From the NCBI RefSeq assembly GCF_009914755.1, contig NC_060927.1: a stretch of DNA of 64,000 bases, one strand, 5' to 3'. Below the pieces are notes generated by a model. The model did not search any database and had not been told where the DNA came from. It worked only from the letters and a program-made list of their open reading frames with translations. This document shows, piece after piece, positions 41,744-55,950 of this stretch. This DNA is from the human T2T-CHM13v2.0 reference genome, Homo sapiens. A program made the position numbers and the translations under genes. Numbering within the stretch: position 1 is the first letter of the stretch; each line of letters begins with the position of its first letter.

Positions 41744-42229
41744 AAATCTACCCCTTGTCAACTTGGCATCCATATGCATCTCCCTAAACCATACTTCTCC
41801 AAAAAAAGACAATAACAAGGTCATGTTTCCTCCTAACATGTTACAGTTATCCTGTGTACAACCAAAAACACACTAATATGTTAGAAGTGGAGATAAAGTC
41901 CTGGAATGATGTTAACTCTTCTCCTTGATGTCATGTAACTTACACAATATAAGGTAAAGTTAACACATCTTACTTTACATGATAAGGGAGTAGGGGAGGG
42001 AAGAAAATGAAAATATTTGCTTTATCCATCTGTCTGTAAACACACACACACAGACACACACACAAATTTATTACAAAATAAGGTGAAAACACTCATGACA
42101 ACTAGTCCTCATTTCTCTGTAACTGGCCACGTGGCCATAGCTGGTATTTACAACTACCTTCTTCTACTACCTATTCTGTACTCCCTTTGTCTTTAGCAGG
42201 CACCTCAAGTGGTCATGGTTCTTTACAAG

Positions 42230-42825
42230 TGTCAGTCGAGAAAAATGATGAGACAAGTCTTAATCATTTTAGGAGACTTATTTGCCAAAGTTAAGGATGG
42301 GCACCAGGGAGACAGGTCTATGCCTTTTTCTGGAGATGATTTTGAAGGCTCCAAATTTAAACGGGAAAGGGTGGGATATTGAGAAGTACACAATTTTCAT
42401 GTAAGAAGGGGGTAGGGAAAAATAGTCATTTATGTCTTTGTCTGGCTCAGTGAATCTGCATTTTTTACATAAGATGACATAAACCAATGGAGTAGAGGAA
42501 AATGCAGGGAATCTGCATTTTACATAAGATAACACAGACAAATTGGACCAGGGGAACAATCAGATATGCATTTGTGTATGGTGGGCTGGAGGTGACTGCA
42601 CCTCTAAAGATAAGCTATCAGTTTGCATTGCCATGGTGAAATTTTAACAGCTCACTAGGAATTTCTTTGTGGGCAAAATATGGGGGAGGCGTGTAGCTTT
42701 TTATGTTGTAGCCATCTTATTTAGGAATTAAAAGGGGGAGGCAGGTTTGTGTGACCCAGTTCCCAGCTTGACTTTTCCCTTTGGCTAAATGAGTTTGGGG
42801 TCCCAAAATTTAGTTTCCTTTCACA
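42230..42825 (-). mobile_element. MER4A solo LTR nested in ERVL
   Basis: The minus strand starts tgtgaaaggaaactaaattttgggacccc. Internal gaatctgcattttacataagat repeats. Flanks caag/catg. Confidence 0.85.
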
Positions 42826-44012
42826 CATGGTAGGATGATACACACCTTCATTCATGAACTGCCTGGACCATTATTAGCCCTGCCTGGATTAGGTTAATGT
42901 TGTTTTCTAATGACCTTAATCACAGGGCATGGTAATACTAAGAGACACCCTAAAGAATCTCCTGTATTCTAGATATACATTTCCTTACCTTCATTGTGGA
43001 GTCGTGTTTCAGTTTCCTCTTGGTAGTCAGGATCAATCCCTCCAGCCAGCACAGTAACTCACTTATTTTTTGAGCCAGAGGCATGAGAAGCACAAAGTGG
43101 CCAGGTGGTAGTCTTAACTTCCAGTTCAATGGAATCATCATTACGTATGTTGGTGGAAGTATTCCTGTCTTTGGAATTAAGACCGCTAGGCCAGAAGAAC
43201 ATAAGGTTGCAGGAACCAGAAACAAATATTTTCCTGCTGGGTCACTGGGAAAATAGTGAGTGGTGCTACTTCTATTTTCATCCCTTTATTCCTAGGCCTG
43301 TGAATTATGGCTGCTGGAGAAGCCATACCTTATATTGGATGCTGATTCAGAATATATACAGCCTCTGGAAAACCTTCCCCAACCCTGTAAGATATTGCTA
43401 CCTTACTGGCACTGTAACTGGGTCTTCAATATGCCCTGCCACTATTCTGTCAAGCCAGCTGCCTCTGGATAATGGGGAACATGTTAAGACCAGTGAATTT
43501 CCTGAGCATAGACCCATTGCCATACCTCCTTTGCTGAGTGAGTTTTTGGTCAGAAGCAATGCTGTGTAGAACACTATGATGGTGGATGAGGCATTCTGTA
43601 AATCCACAGAAGTTTTGGCAGAAGTATTGCATGTAAGGAATGCAAATATGTATCTACGGTGTGTTATTCCTGTGAGAACAAAATTCTTCCTCTTCTATGA
43701 TAGAAGTGATTCAATGTAATCAACCTGACACCAGGTAACTAGCTGATCACCCTGAGGAATGGTGCCATATTGGGGACTCAGTGTTTGTCTCAACTGCTGG
43801 AATATTGGGAACTCAAAGGTGACGATAGCCAAGTATGCTTTGGTGAATAGAAGTCCATGTTGCTGAATCCATGTATAACCTCCATCCTGCCATCGTGGTC
43901 GCTTTGTTCTTGAGCTCATTGGGTAATGACAAGGTGGCCGGGAAAAAAGTCTGACTGGTATCTACAGAACAGGTCATCCTATCCACTGGATTATTAAAAT
44001 CCTCCTCTGTGA

Positions 44013-44456
<444 letters not shown>

Positions 44457-47400
44457 TAATCATCTAGCCATCATTGGCTGTAGCCCATGCATTGTGCTGC
44501 AGAATTGCAAGTCTGGTCATTTCTCCTTTCCAGCAAAGTGAATAATCAGGTTCACTGCCCAGAGTTCTGCTCACTGAGAGGATTCCCCTTCACCAGTGTT
44601 TCAGGGCTGTTTCAGAAAGGAGCCCTAGTTCTGTAGCTGTCTACTTTTGAGTGGTGCCTGCATACAGGACCATCTATAAATCAGGTACCAGGCTTTTCTT
44701 TTGTTTCAACCAAATGTAGGGACTCCCTGCCCATGAGGCCATAGGTGCAGACAGGAGACAGAAGGCCATGGAGCAGGAGTGGGGATCATGGGTATTTGAG
44801 CCGTTTCTTTATGGAACTTACTTTGCATTCAGGGCCTGCTTGGGCTGGATAACGTATTTACTACTTCCATTTGATGATGGAGTGTTGTTTGCATGCCCAA
44901 CTTTATGGCTTCATAGGTTAGTTAACACCAAGTTTATTATGAGCATCTCAAATTGCATGGTAAGTTGGTGGCCTGTGTTTAAGTGTTCGGTCTCTACTAA
45001 GTCCCAACATTAGGCCAAAAGCTGTTTCTCAAAGGGGACTAATTATTTTTAGATGATGCAATGGTTTTGCTCTAAAATCCAAAGGGCCTGTACTACAGAC
45101 CTGTAGGGACCTGTTCTACCCTTCACCTGTAGGAACTTGCCAAAGGCTCTAAACAGCTTCCACTACCACTACCACTGACACTTTAAGCACCATTGGATCT
45201 GCTTAATTGTATGGCTCATAGTGGAAGAGCAGCTTGCACAGCAATCTGGATCTGTTGTAGAGTCTTCTCTTATTCTTGGCTCCACTCAAAATTAGTGTTT
45301 TTCTGGTCACTTGGTAAATGGGTGAGAGTAACACAAATGAGGAGTATGTTGTCTTCAAAATCCAAAGAAGCCCACAAGGTGCTGTGCCTTTTTTTCTTTT
45401 TCCTGGCGGCAGGAGAGGTCAGATGCAACAACTTACCCTTCACCTTAGAAGGGATATCTTGATATGCTCTAAACCACTGGCAGAAAAAAAAAGGCCCCTG
45501 AATTTTTGTCATATTTATTTATCACTCTGACACAGAAATGTCTTACCAATAAGTCTAAAGTGGTTGCTACTTCTTGCTCACTAGGTCCAATCAGCATAGT
45601 GTCATCAATGTAATGGACCAATGTTGTATGTTGTGGAAAGGAATTAAATCCTTGTGAACTAAATTATTACATGAGGCTGGAGAGATGATGTATCTCTGCA
45701 GTAGGACAGTGAAGGTATATTGCTAGCTTTGCCAGCTGAAAGCACATTGCTTCTGGTGGCCCTTATTGATAGGGATTTAGACAAAGGCATTTGACAAATC
45801 AATAGCTGCATATCAGGTACAAGATGAAACCACATCTGCAGCAGCTGCAATTGGAGTCACTACCTGAATAAGCATATGATAATCTACTGTCATTCTCTAG
45901 GATCTGTCTCTCTCCTGCACAGGTCAAATAGTCAAGTTGGTTGCAGATGTGGTTGGAATCACCATTCCTCCATCTTTCAAGTTCTCAATGATGGCACTGA
46001 CTGCTGCAGTCCCTCTGGGAATGTAGTATTGCTTCTGGTTTACAATTTTCCTAGGTAGAGACAATTCTAGTACCTTCCATTTGCCCTTTCCCAATGTAAT
46101 AGATCTCACTCAACAGATAAGGGAACTACTGGGATTCTGCCACCAGCTGAGTATATCTGTTGCAATTATGTATTCCTGAACTTGGGAAATAACCAAAGGA
46201 TGGGATCAGGGATCCAGTGGACCAACTATGGGACAAAACTGAGCAAGAACTCTATTTGCTGATATCCATAAGCCCCTACTCTAACTGGTAGACCATAGCC
46301 ATGTGGTCTCCTGGAATTAGTATCAATTCAAAGCCAGTATCCAGTAGTCCCTGGAAGATCGGATTATTCATTTTTCCCAATGCACTCTTACCCTGGTAAA
46401 AAGATAGAGATGCCTTTCAGGAAGGGTGAGAGAAAGATTAACAGTGTAAATTTTTGGCAGCGTTTTGAGGTCCTTCCTCAAGGGTACCCAGCCTCCCCTC
46501 ATTTAAGGTGTTCTGGGTCTATTTACTGGCTCAAGTCTGGGAATTGATTGAGAGAGCATGACTCTCTGTTTATATGATTCAGGCTTGACTTCTGTTCACT
46601 TGACTTGGAACTTAGTGTTAGATATCTATTTTACTTTTAGAAACACTATCAACTAGCCAATGTCATAGTCCTTCTTGACTCAGATTATCTTGATGGCTGC
46701 TTCAGTTCTGCTGTGCATTATCATAACCCTTCCCACTTTGCCTTTGGTGGTTGAGTGCTGTGTATCAGCCCCTGCTGCCCTGGAACTGATTACTTCCATT
46801 GCATTCAGGTTTCCTAATTCAGTAGCCACAGTTTCCACTGTAAGGTCTGGCTTACAGATAAGTGAAATCACTCCCCTCACATATTTACTTTTCAAATTAT
46901 TTATGAAAGGTATGTCTTCTGGACTCTCCCATTGTGGGTTCTACTGAAATGACATTAAGACTTAAATGACAAATTCACTCTAATATTCCAATTCCTCTAA
47001 GTTTTTAAATCATCTTCTGTCCATTAAACCAAGGCAGGTCTGGCATTTCCAACTCACTCATGATGGGTCATCTTTTGATCCATATTTCAACCAACTAAGC
47101 AAACAAACCATTAGCAAACAAACCTTTTCCAGCTCCCCAAACGACAAAATTTATTGCAAAATCTCTGCTTATTGAGCTCATATCAACATATTCAGCTTGA
47201 CTTAACTTTATATTCAAAATTATATTATACTCTTACTATTCATTCCCACACATGTTTCCAGGATTTCTGTCTTTATACATTTAGAAAACTCAGTAGGTCT
47301 TTTGGAATATAGGACACCTCCTTAGGAGTCACAATTTGTACCTTGTCTAGTTATAGGTCTAGAAGTAAAGAGGGATAGTGGTGATGGGTCCTGAGGAGGC

Positions 47401-48539
47401 TCAGCATAAACTTGCAAGGCAGCTATCCCATAGGAGACCATTACAGTCTCCACAGGCAGTGTAAGGCTAATTCCCTGAGATGGGGATGGAGAGGCAGCTT
47501 TCATGCCAGGGAGGCATCTGCCACTGGCAAAGAAGACTCATCAGAATTTAAGAACTCAGTGACCTTGGCTGCATCAGGCCATTCCCACATGGCCCCAATT
47601 TACAGAATTCTATTTCTTCCCAGTCAGTGCCCTCACTGTAACAGTAGACACCCTGAAAAAGCTGGGAGTATACTTGTATTATCATTAAGCCTGTTGAAGG
47701 AAGATATTCTGCATTTGATTTTTAACAATTTCAATTCTGCAGCTACTGGAAATAAAAGTCTTCTTGTGGGTACACACAGATGCCTTCAGGTTATTTTTGT
47801 GGTGCATAAACCAGGAATTCCAATTCTTGAGCTTTTCTTTCTCCACTTCTTCCAGTGACAATAGGAGGTAACTAGCCAATCTCATTATATTTGTTCATAT
47901 ATATTTGACATACATGTCCAAAAATATCCTATACACTTTCACTCAGATCCTTGCTTCTTATAAGTAGTGGAATAGGAGTATCACATATAGATATTTTGCA
48001 TATTTGTATTGCCAGATTGTGCTAGGGACTATCTATCACTGCTCTCTTTGCTGTTGGAATAGTGTTATTAGCATCTTTAAATCTAATCCTATCATATTAT
48101 TTGCCTCCACGTAACCACAGATGGCTAATTTGGTCATATATTCAGGCATTAGTAAATGGTTAAAATAATAGTATCTCTTACATATCTCATTTTATTTCTT
48201 ACGTGTTTTATGTAGACTGTTCAATTTCTGAAAGTTTAAACCTCTCATGTTGCTTATTTTTCTCTCCTCTGCTACTTTTTAGTGTTATTATGTCCTTTAA
48301 AATTGCAAAAATAAGTAGAGGCTTGGTTTAAATATTATTTAAAATTGTGAATTGGAAATACTGAGTACTTCAGTATTACTCAGATATAACTGAGTAATTC
48401 AATTATATCTTCAAATAACTGGTGTTATTTGAAGCTATATTATATTCACATGGCATATGTGGTTCCCAGTGGGCAAATGATATTTTGGGAGACAGTCTTT
48501 TTTTCATGATTAAGTCTTACTTTACTTTTTCTCTCTTCG

Positions 48540-49110
48540 CAACCAATTAATTGTCAGCTTTTATTGGCTCTGCTTTCATGATGTCACTTACTTATCTTTA
48601 TTTCTACCACCAGCATCCTATTTGAGGGTCTTATTAACTCTTTCTGGAACTTTTATTTAATGGACTCTTTCTCTTTAATCATTTCTGCCACTGATCCATT
48701 CTGAGGCCAATTTAATACTGTAAGAACAGAATTCTTATCAATAATCTTTATTTCTCACCACTGCCAACTAAGTTGAATATGAAATACACAGCTTAATATG
48801 TAAGACCCTCCACATCAGGGCCTCATGCTACCATTTCAAACATTTTTGTTACTAGTCTTCTACATATAGAGGTAGAGAAAAACTGGTCACTTTATTGTGA
48901 GTTAAAATGTGTTTCTGTTTTTGCATTTGCATTCCTTTGCTTGTGCTGTCATCCCTGACTGGACTTCTTTACTCCTTTGCTGTAATCTTTTCCTTGGAGA
49001 TACCACCTATACTCCAAGATTACCTCAAATGTCTTCTCACTCTCCAACAAAATGCAACCTTTCTATTCTCTTAAATTCCACTTCAGGGACTTGTAACATA
49101 TATAATATTT
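48540..49110 (+). mobile_element. L2 relic
   Basis: ttggctctgctttc...taagaccctccac...cctttgcttgtgctgtcatccctgactgga...ctcaaatgtc. Confidence 0.55.
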
Positions 49111-50479
49111 TCAACATCAGATTATATATATTTTTCATAAATTATTATAAACAGTATACCTTCTGCAAAGTATAATGACTTACACTTGCAAAGTATATAA
49201 TAAGCATTTTTAAAATTTACTTAATTGATATCACTATTTGGTGAGCTGCAGGTGGCATTAAGATCATGGGGCAGTGGAAATCAGAGCAAATATATCTACA
49301 GTGTCTGGTTCTAAGAGTGAAAAATGTCTGAGCCTGGTAAAGAGCAGAAAAGAGTCAGGGTATAATGAGCAGAGACAAGTCTGGACTAAAGTGGGACAGA
49401 CTAGAAGTGATTGTTATAGCCTAGGATCATTATCACTCTGACTCTACTGGTTAAGTTTTCTGCAGAAGGAAATAAAGATTTTGCTAGCGTGAGTGAGCAC
49501 CACTGTGTAGGAAAAATTATCTAGAAAGTAGAAGAGGTAAGGAGCTTCTCCATATGGGAAGTAGAAGTAAATAAATTCTTATTGGAAGTTGAAATGGTAT
49601 TATATTTTGGTAATTAATGATTTCTTTGAAAGTCTAGTGTTAAGTATTCAATAAAAAATTGCATTGTGTCTTGTCCCTACAAATCAAGTTTGCAATGCAG
49701 TCTGACAAATACAGATGCTTTTGGTTTCAATTTTGAAAAGAAGTGCATGACTAGATTTCTGTGTACCTATGAAGATGTGATAAATTATTTCATATTTTCA
49801 TATGTCATTTGGAATAGGCTTAGAATATCTAATGGACCACTATGTTTTTTAATATTGAATTTGGGTGATTGTTTTATTGTAGAAGCAATTACTCTCCCAA
49901 AGGAAGTTTTAATTTAATGGAGCAAACATTCGGTAATCTTGTTATTATGTGCAAATATGTAAGTGCTGCTATGAAGGACACTAGATATTGTTCTCAGTTC
50001 CAAATACTTACACACTTTAAACAATTAGTTTGATATTAAAATACCTTTATAGTTTTTAAAAAGACCTTACAATAATTAACAAAACATTTATGCTTTCATC
50101 CTTTGTAGTCAGGAAAGAAAAGCTGAAAGTATGTACTTGTTTTTAAAAAAAAAAAAAAATATAACAAACGTGTGTATAATGGCTTCTATGATGTTGGGGG
50201 GTGGGGAGACCCTGCCTGTGATCTTATGTATCACGAGTAGGTGATTTATTAAGTTAGGTTGGAAAGTCAAATTAAAATAGAAATTAAAACAGTTTTCTCT
50301 CATGGTTGACAAAAATCCATATTTATTCATATTTGGCAGATATTTTAGCGTTTTTGAAGAATCTTTGGAAGAATGTTAAATACAGTGCCTGGGCTACCAT
50401 ACACAGTTGTTTAGTTTGTGGACTGCATAACTCCAAAGGCCCCACATTCCTCAGGATGGGCCAGATAATTCTGCAGTGA

Positions 50480-50829
50480 CAAATGCACCCTAAATCAGGG
50501 CAGATTATCATAACAATGTTTTGTTTCTTTCTCATGCTGTATAAGTACTGCTGATCAGCTACTGCTCTGCTACATGTCACCTTCATGCCATACTTCTAGG
50601 CTAAAGAAGTGTCTCCTATTATCAATTTCTGGTCAGGGAAACAGGGAAAGGGAAACAGTGAAACATAATCAGACTCCTAAAGCTTTTAACCAGAAATAAT
50701 ACAGGAACTTCAGCTTATATTTCATTGGACAAAGGAATTCAAATGACCACAATTCACCAAGGCATGGACATATAATCTTCCTACAAGATACACCGTGGAA
50801 TATTGGCAGACATTAATGTGATCTACCAG
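50480..50829 (-). mobile_element. Old MLT1 (MLT1I/J-like) LTR
   Basis: gcttatatttcattggacaaagg...tataatcttcctac...atctacca. Confidence 0.6.
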
Positions 50830-52068
50830 AGGCACCATTCATATTCAATAAGACACAAATGACATCATTCATGTATGCAAAATGCTGTTGTGCCAGGAAG
50901 CATCTTTTCTGTTTATTTATATTAAAGCAATACAGTATATTATCTGTTTGAATTAAAAAGAAAGAAAAATTCAGACAGATGGAAAATATGGGTTTGATAA
51001 GAAATCAAAAGCATGTATTCCCTTCTTTAATACTTCTGAGGATCATTTATCTTTTCATCTACCACCAACCTAAAAGTAAATCACAAAGGGAAACAGATGC
51101 CTCAGACGGTGCCCAGCTTTCCTCTACCTCAGAAATTCTACATAGTCCCAGCTTCCTCTTAATGAAGTCTCAATGATTTCTGTTTCAACTTAGACCCTGA
51201 ATTTCTATGTTTTCAGCCTCCATAAATATTTATTTTAGGTTTTTTTACTCTACTGTATGTTTAGGTGTGGATATTCATGTTAACTTTTATTTTAAAATAA
51301 TCCCAATCTAAGTTAATTAGAGAATTGACTTAGACATGTCATTAATTTTGAAGTTCAAAACCCTGAGTATTAATAACAAAGCTAACTAGCTGATAACTCT
51401 CTGTGCTTTAAGATATAAGGTGTCATAAAAGATTATGTAGGTTCTTTTTAATACTATCAAACTCTAAAGAATAGTGTTCATTAAGACACTTTGCATGAGG
51501 AACAGCCTAATTTATCCAAGTCATATTTTTATATAGCGTATTTAAAATAAACAGTATTCTTTAGTATTAATTATAATGGATAATAGGTTTTCAAAACTAA
51601 TATTTGGAATCCAAATATTCTTAAAATAAATAGATGGCTCACCATTTTTATTATTAGTACCATAGCATCCATTTTAATACTCTGAAGTTTTAATTATTTC
51701 AGTATTACACAAATTAAGATTTTAGACTTTACCTTTCTCTTTGATTCCATAACTAATAAAGATTTAAACTATTAAAGATTTCAATATAATTTCATTTTGT
51801 ATGTATTTAGTAAAGAGAATTCACTTAAGAAATTTTTCTTAAGAAAGTAAAGATTATTAATTTCATCCTTTTCACATGATGGCATGAATTTTAAAATAAT
51901 TCTGTTTATAGTTTTGCTGACATAATGGAAAATATCAATTGTTATAAAGTTATTATAAAATAATTAATTTTTTTACTGTGACTGAAAATGTTATTTGTAA
52001 ATTCTGACACCTGCTTTTTCATTCTCAACAACGATTCTAACTCTACAGTTATTTATTCTATAACACTT

Positions 52069-52780
52069 TGATATGGTTTGGCTCTGTGTTCCCACCCAAA
52101 TCTCATGTTGAATTGTAATTCCCAATTTTGGAGGTGGGGCCTGGTGGGAGGTGATTAGATCGTGGGGGTGGTTTCTAGTGCTGGAGGACCATCCCCCTAG
52201 TGCTGTCTCATGATAGAGTTCTCAGGAGATCTGGTTGTTCAAAATTGTGTAGCACCTTCCCCTTGCACGTGTCCATGTTCTCTTTTTCTCTCTCTGTGTT
52301 TCTCTGTGTGTTTCTCTCTCTCTCTTTCTTTCTTTTTCTCTCTCTTTCTCTCTGTCTCTCTCTCTCTCTCTCTGTGTGTCTCTCTCTGTCTCTGTCTCTC
52401 TCTTTCTCTTTCTCTCTCCTGCCGGCCATGTGAAGATGTGCTTGCTTCTCCTTTGCCTTCTACTATGATTGTAAGTTTCCTGAGGCCTCCCCAGAAACAG
52501 AAGCCTGTACAGCCCCAAAGAATGGTCAGCTCATTAAGACCCTTTTCGTTATACCCAGTTTCAGGTAGTTCTCTATAGCAGTGGGAGAATGGGCTGATAT
52601 GGAAAATTGGTACCAGGAGTGGGTTATTGCTATAAAGATACCTGAAAATATGGAAGCAACTTCGGAAGTAAGTAATGGGCAGGGGTTGGAACAGCTTGGA
52701 GGGATCAGAAAAGACAGGAAGATGAGGAAAAGTTTGGAACTAGAGAGTTATTTATAGCAGTGTGATAATGGACTAATATA
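52069..52780 (+). mobile_element. MSTA MaLR: full 5' LTR, ~145 bp of internal sequence and the terminal ~35 bp of the 3' LTR
   Basis: LTR start tgatatggtttggctctgtg. Internal start gaaaattggtacc at 52602. Second LTR end tttatagcagtgtga..atggactaata. TSD cactt/cactc. Confidence 0.88.
52279..52418 (+). repeat. Compound (TC)n/(TG) polypyrimidine tract
   Basis: Seen directly inside the MSTA LTR. Confidence 0.9.
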
Positions 52781-53679
52781 CACTCTTTTTTCTAGTACTT
52801 GTAGAGTGGCATCTTACATTGGTGTAGGATTATTATACTTCGCAACACTTGTGTGTCACATTGGAGACTGTCTTATGCTCTCAGAATGTTCAATGTAGTC
52901 AATTTTTCCTTCAGCGTTGAAAGAGGTTGTTGTTTCTTCATTTGAGATCCAGGTGAAGTTGTTTGCCTGTGTTTAATGGCCATTAAACCACTAGTTTAGT
53001 GTTTAGTTGGATTAAATGCACACATTTTTAAGCAATCAAATCACATTCAATGTAGCATCACATGTGCTGAGGCTAGATGTGTGAAGGGCATGGTAGTTTA
53101 GCTAAGACACAAGATACAATAGCAGGTTCTCCACTTTGATTTCCTGTTCAATCTGGAATACACATTCATTCAGTGCAATGGATAGTAGAATTACCTTCAA
53201 TGCCTAATTATTTAGGCATTCTTTTTGCTCTCTTCTTATCCTTCTCCCTTCCTGATAATCTTCCTCTCCCTATCTAGTTAAACTATTATTAGTATCTTGT
53301 ATGTATGATGTGGTTCCATTGTAAACTTCTTTAGAGGCTTATTAAAGCCTCTCTTCTACAGGCTCATTTTCTGATATGTCTTCCCATTTCATTTGCAGAT
53401 GAAAAGAATTATTGTCAAACTAATATAAATTCATAGATACATATTTGCACAGTAGTGCTTCGTAAAATGCAGCCATTTATGTATTGATTCTTGTCTTATT
53501 TTTCCTTTTTCTCATTTTACCTCACCTTAGTTTTTTCATTTGAATAAATGAATTGCTTTTCCCACTACTAAAAGTAAAATTTGTAAAGATTTTAACTTTA
53601 TATGTTTTTACTTTAAGTAGATTTCATATGCAATGCAAAATTTGGATGTGAACAAGGAGGCTATAAAAAAGCCAGAGTA

Positions 53680-53921
53680 ATAAGTGGGAGTTGAACAATG
53701 AGCATGCATGGACACACGGAGGGGAACATCACACAGTGGTGCTTGTCAGGGGGTTTGGGAAAAGGGAGGGAGCACATTAGGACAAATACCTAATGCATGT
53801 GGGGCTTACAACCTAGATGACGGATTGATAGATGCAGCAAACCACCATGGCACATGTATGCCTATGTAACAAACCTGCACATTTAGCACATGTATCCCAG
53901 AACTTAAAGAAAAAAAAAAAA
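53680..53921 (+). mobile_element. L1PA (L1PA7/8-like) 5'-truncated 3' end
   Basis: taagtgggagttgaacaatgag...gtatcccagaacttaaag plus poly(A). TSD aaaaaagcca(g/a)a(g/a)ta on both sides. Confidence 0.92.
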
Positions 53922-54240
53922 GCCAAAATAGAAGGAAACAATCACTGCTCTAAGAATAAGTGAAGGAGTTCTATATGGAAGGGAATTGAGGAGGGGAACT
54001 TAAATTTTAGGTTTTATGGTTGAAGGCAATGAGCAAGTTAAAATTGTTACTATTAGTGCAACTTTATTTGTACACAAAATTGAATCAAGAAATCCATGTT
54101 TTATGACTGAAAGACCACTGCTATGAAGCTGCTTTTAATACCTGGGGCGTAATCTGCAGGAATGAGCCATGATGAATGTGAAAGACTGGATAAAGTTGGC
54201 AAGTTTAAGGCTTGTGCTGAAAAGAGATTAAGAAATATGG

Positions 54241-54546
54241 AGCCAGGCGTGGTGGCTCACATCTGTAATCCCAGCACTTTGGGAGGCCGAGGTGGACAGA
54301 CCACCTGAGGTCAGGAGCTCGAGACCAGCATGGCTACTGTGGCAAAACCTCATCTCTACTAAAAATATAAAAATTACCCAGGTGTCATGGTGCATGTCTC
54401 TAGTCCCAGCTACTCAGGAGGCTGAGGCAGGAGAATTGCCTGAGCCCAGGAGGCTGAGATTGCAGTGAGCTGAGATCTTACCGCTGCCCTTCCACCTGGG
54501 CGACAGAGCGAGCCGATGTCTCAAAAAAGAAAAAGAAAAGAAAAAA
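54241..54546 (+). mobile_element. Alu (AluS-like)
   Basis: Full dimer with TSD aagaaatat. Confidence 0.96.
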
Positions 54547-54647
54547 AAGAAATATAGGACCAGGTCTGAGAGGAGACAGAGAAATAAATTCCAAGGAGTT
54601 ATACATATGCACTCTTCATATTGATACACTTTTTCTTTTTTGAGAAT

Positions 54648-54822
54648 ACAGGTGTTCCTCAAGTTAAAATGGGGTTGCATCCTGGTAAACCTATTGTATG
54701 TTGAGGATATTGTAAGCCAAAAGTGTATTTTTGCATATTGAATGTGTATCACTATGAAGTCAAAACATGTATCACCATAAATTCAAAAAATGTAACTTGA
54801 ACCACTATAAATAATGGACTGA
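54648..54822. mobile_element. Tigger4-like TcMar MITE fragment
   Basis: TA followed by caggtgttcctcaagttaaaatggggttgcatcctggtaaacctattgta...aaaatgtaacttgaaccact. Confidence 0.65.
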
Positions 54823-55339
54823 AAAGGAGTGAGAAACTCACCATTAAGTGTAGGAACTAACCAGGAAAAAATTGTCTTAGAGAAAACGAGACAATTAGAA
54901 CAAAGATGGTTAGTATCAGCTACAGATTTATGAGAGATGGACGGCATTGATTTCCCATGGAGTTGAGACAAACCATGTTAAATCAGTGTTTTTCAAATGT
55001 TTAAGTGAATGAATGAATGAAAAACATTAAGTATAAACATTTATTCCAAATGCATAGAAAGGAATTAACTACTATCTAATGAATGAAAAGTGTGAGAAGA
55101 AGATAAAGCTTAAACTTTTTTGAATCATGGAATAAGAAAATAGGAAAATTTATGTGTAGGAGAGTAATAATATCATTTGGTAGAATCTAGGGGGGAGGAA
55201 GAGGGACAGGAATTGAATCACCTATATTTATAGGAAGCAAGAAATAATGAACATAGAATTAATAGGAATGGAGAAGAAGACAAACATGCAACAGGTATTA
55301 TAAAGATAGAACCAATATGTTCAAAGATAGAACCATCTT

Positions 55340-55950
55340 AGAAGTGACATGATTTCTGGGTAAGTTTGGAACCACAGCTAGCCCCAAAATTCACCTGTAA
55401 GTTATTGGGAGAATGATAGTACAATTACCAGAATTATAGCAAACTAGAGGATGAACAGATTTAGGATGCAGTTAGTGGGGAGGAAGAAAATGATTAGTTC
55501 AATTAGAGACATAATAAGCTTAAATACCTGTCAATTATGATTCCCAGAAGATAATTTGAAAAAAAGCCTATGTCATTTGTCAAAGGCAGAAAACAGGAAT
55601 CACCAAGAGCCAATCCGGAGTAGAATGAGTTTAGGGATAACAAAAAACCTTGGTAAACTATAGGTTAAAATTATGGAGTAATTACTGAAGAAGAACAATA
55701 AGGCTATACTATCAAGTAAATCAAAGCAGCAATATCAAGAAGGAAGTGCCTTCAACTTTGCTCAATTCAATACTGAGGTAGAGTATTGAGAAAGGCAATT
55801 GGTATCTGATTTACTGGTCACCTTTAAGAATATGGTTTTAATGAAATGATGAGGGGAAGCCAGGTTGTAATGGGCCAAAAAAGTGGTGGGTGCTGTCTTG
55901 AACATGGCATATATAGACTGATGTTTTGAAAGTTTACAGTGAGGCATTGG
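55340..55950 (-). mobile_element. L2 relic
   Basis: ttagttcaattagagacataataagctt...tggtcacctttaag...gaagccaggttgtaatggg. Confidence 0.5.

Noticed and set aside
50095-50134. Possible 20-nt micro-exon (ctttgtAG...aaa|GTATGT)
   Set aside because: The donor context is weak, and such matches are expected by chance in 64 kb.
52200-52578. ER-rich and SL-rich ORFs
   Set aside because: Artefacts of the (TC)n tract.
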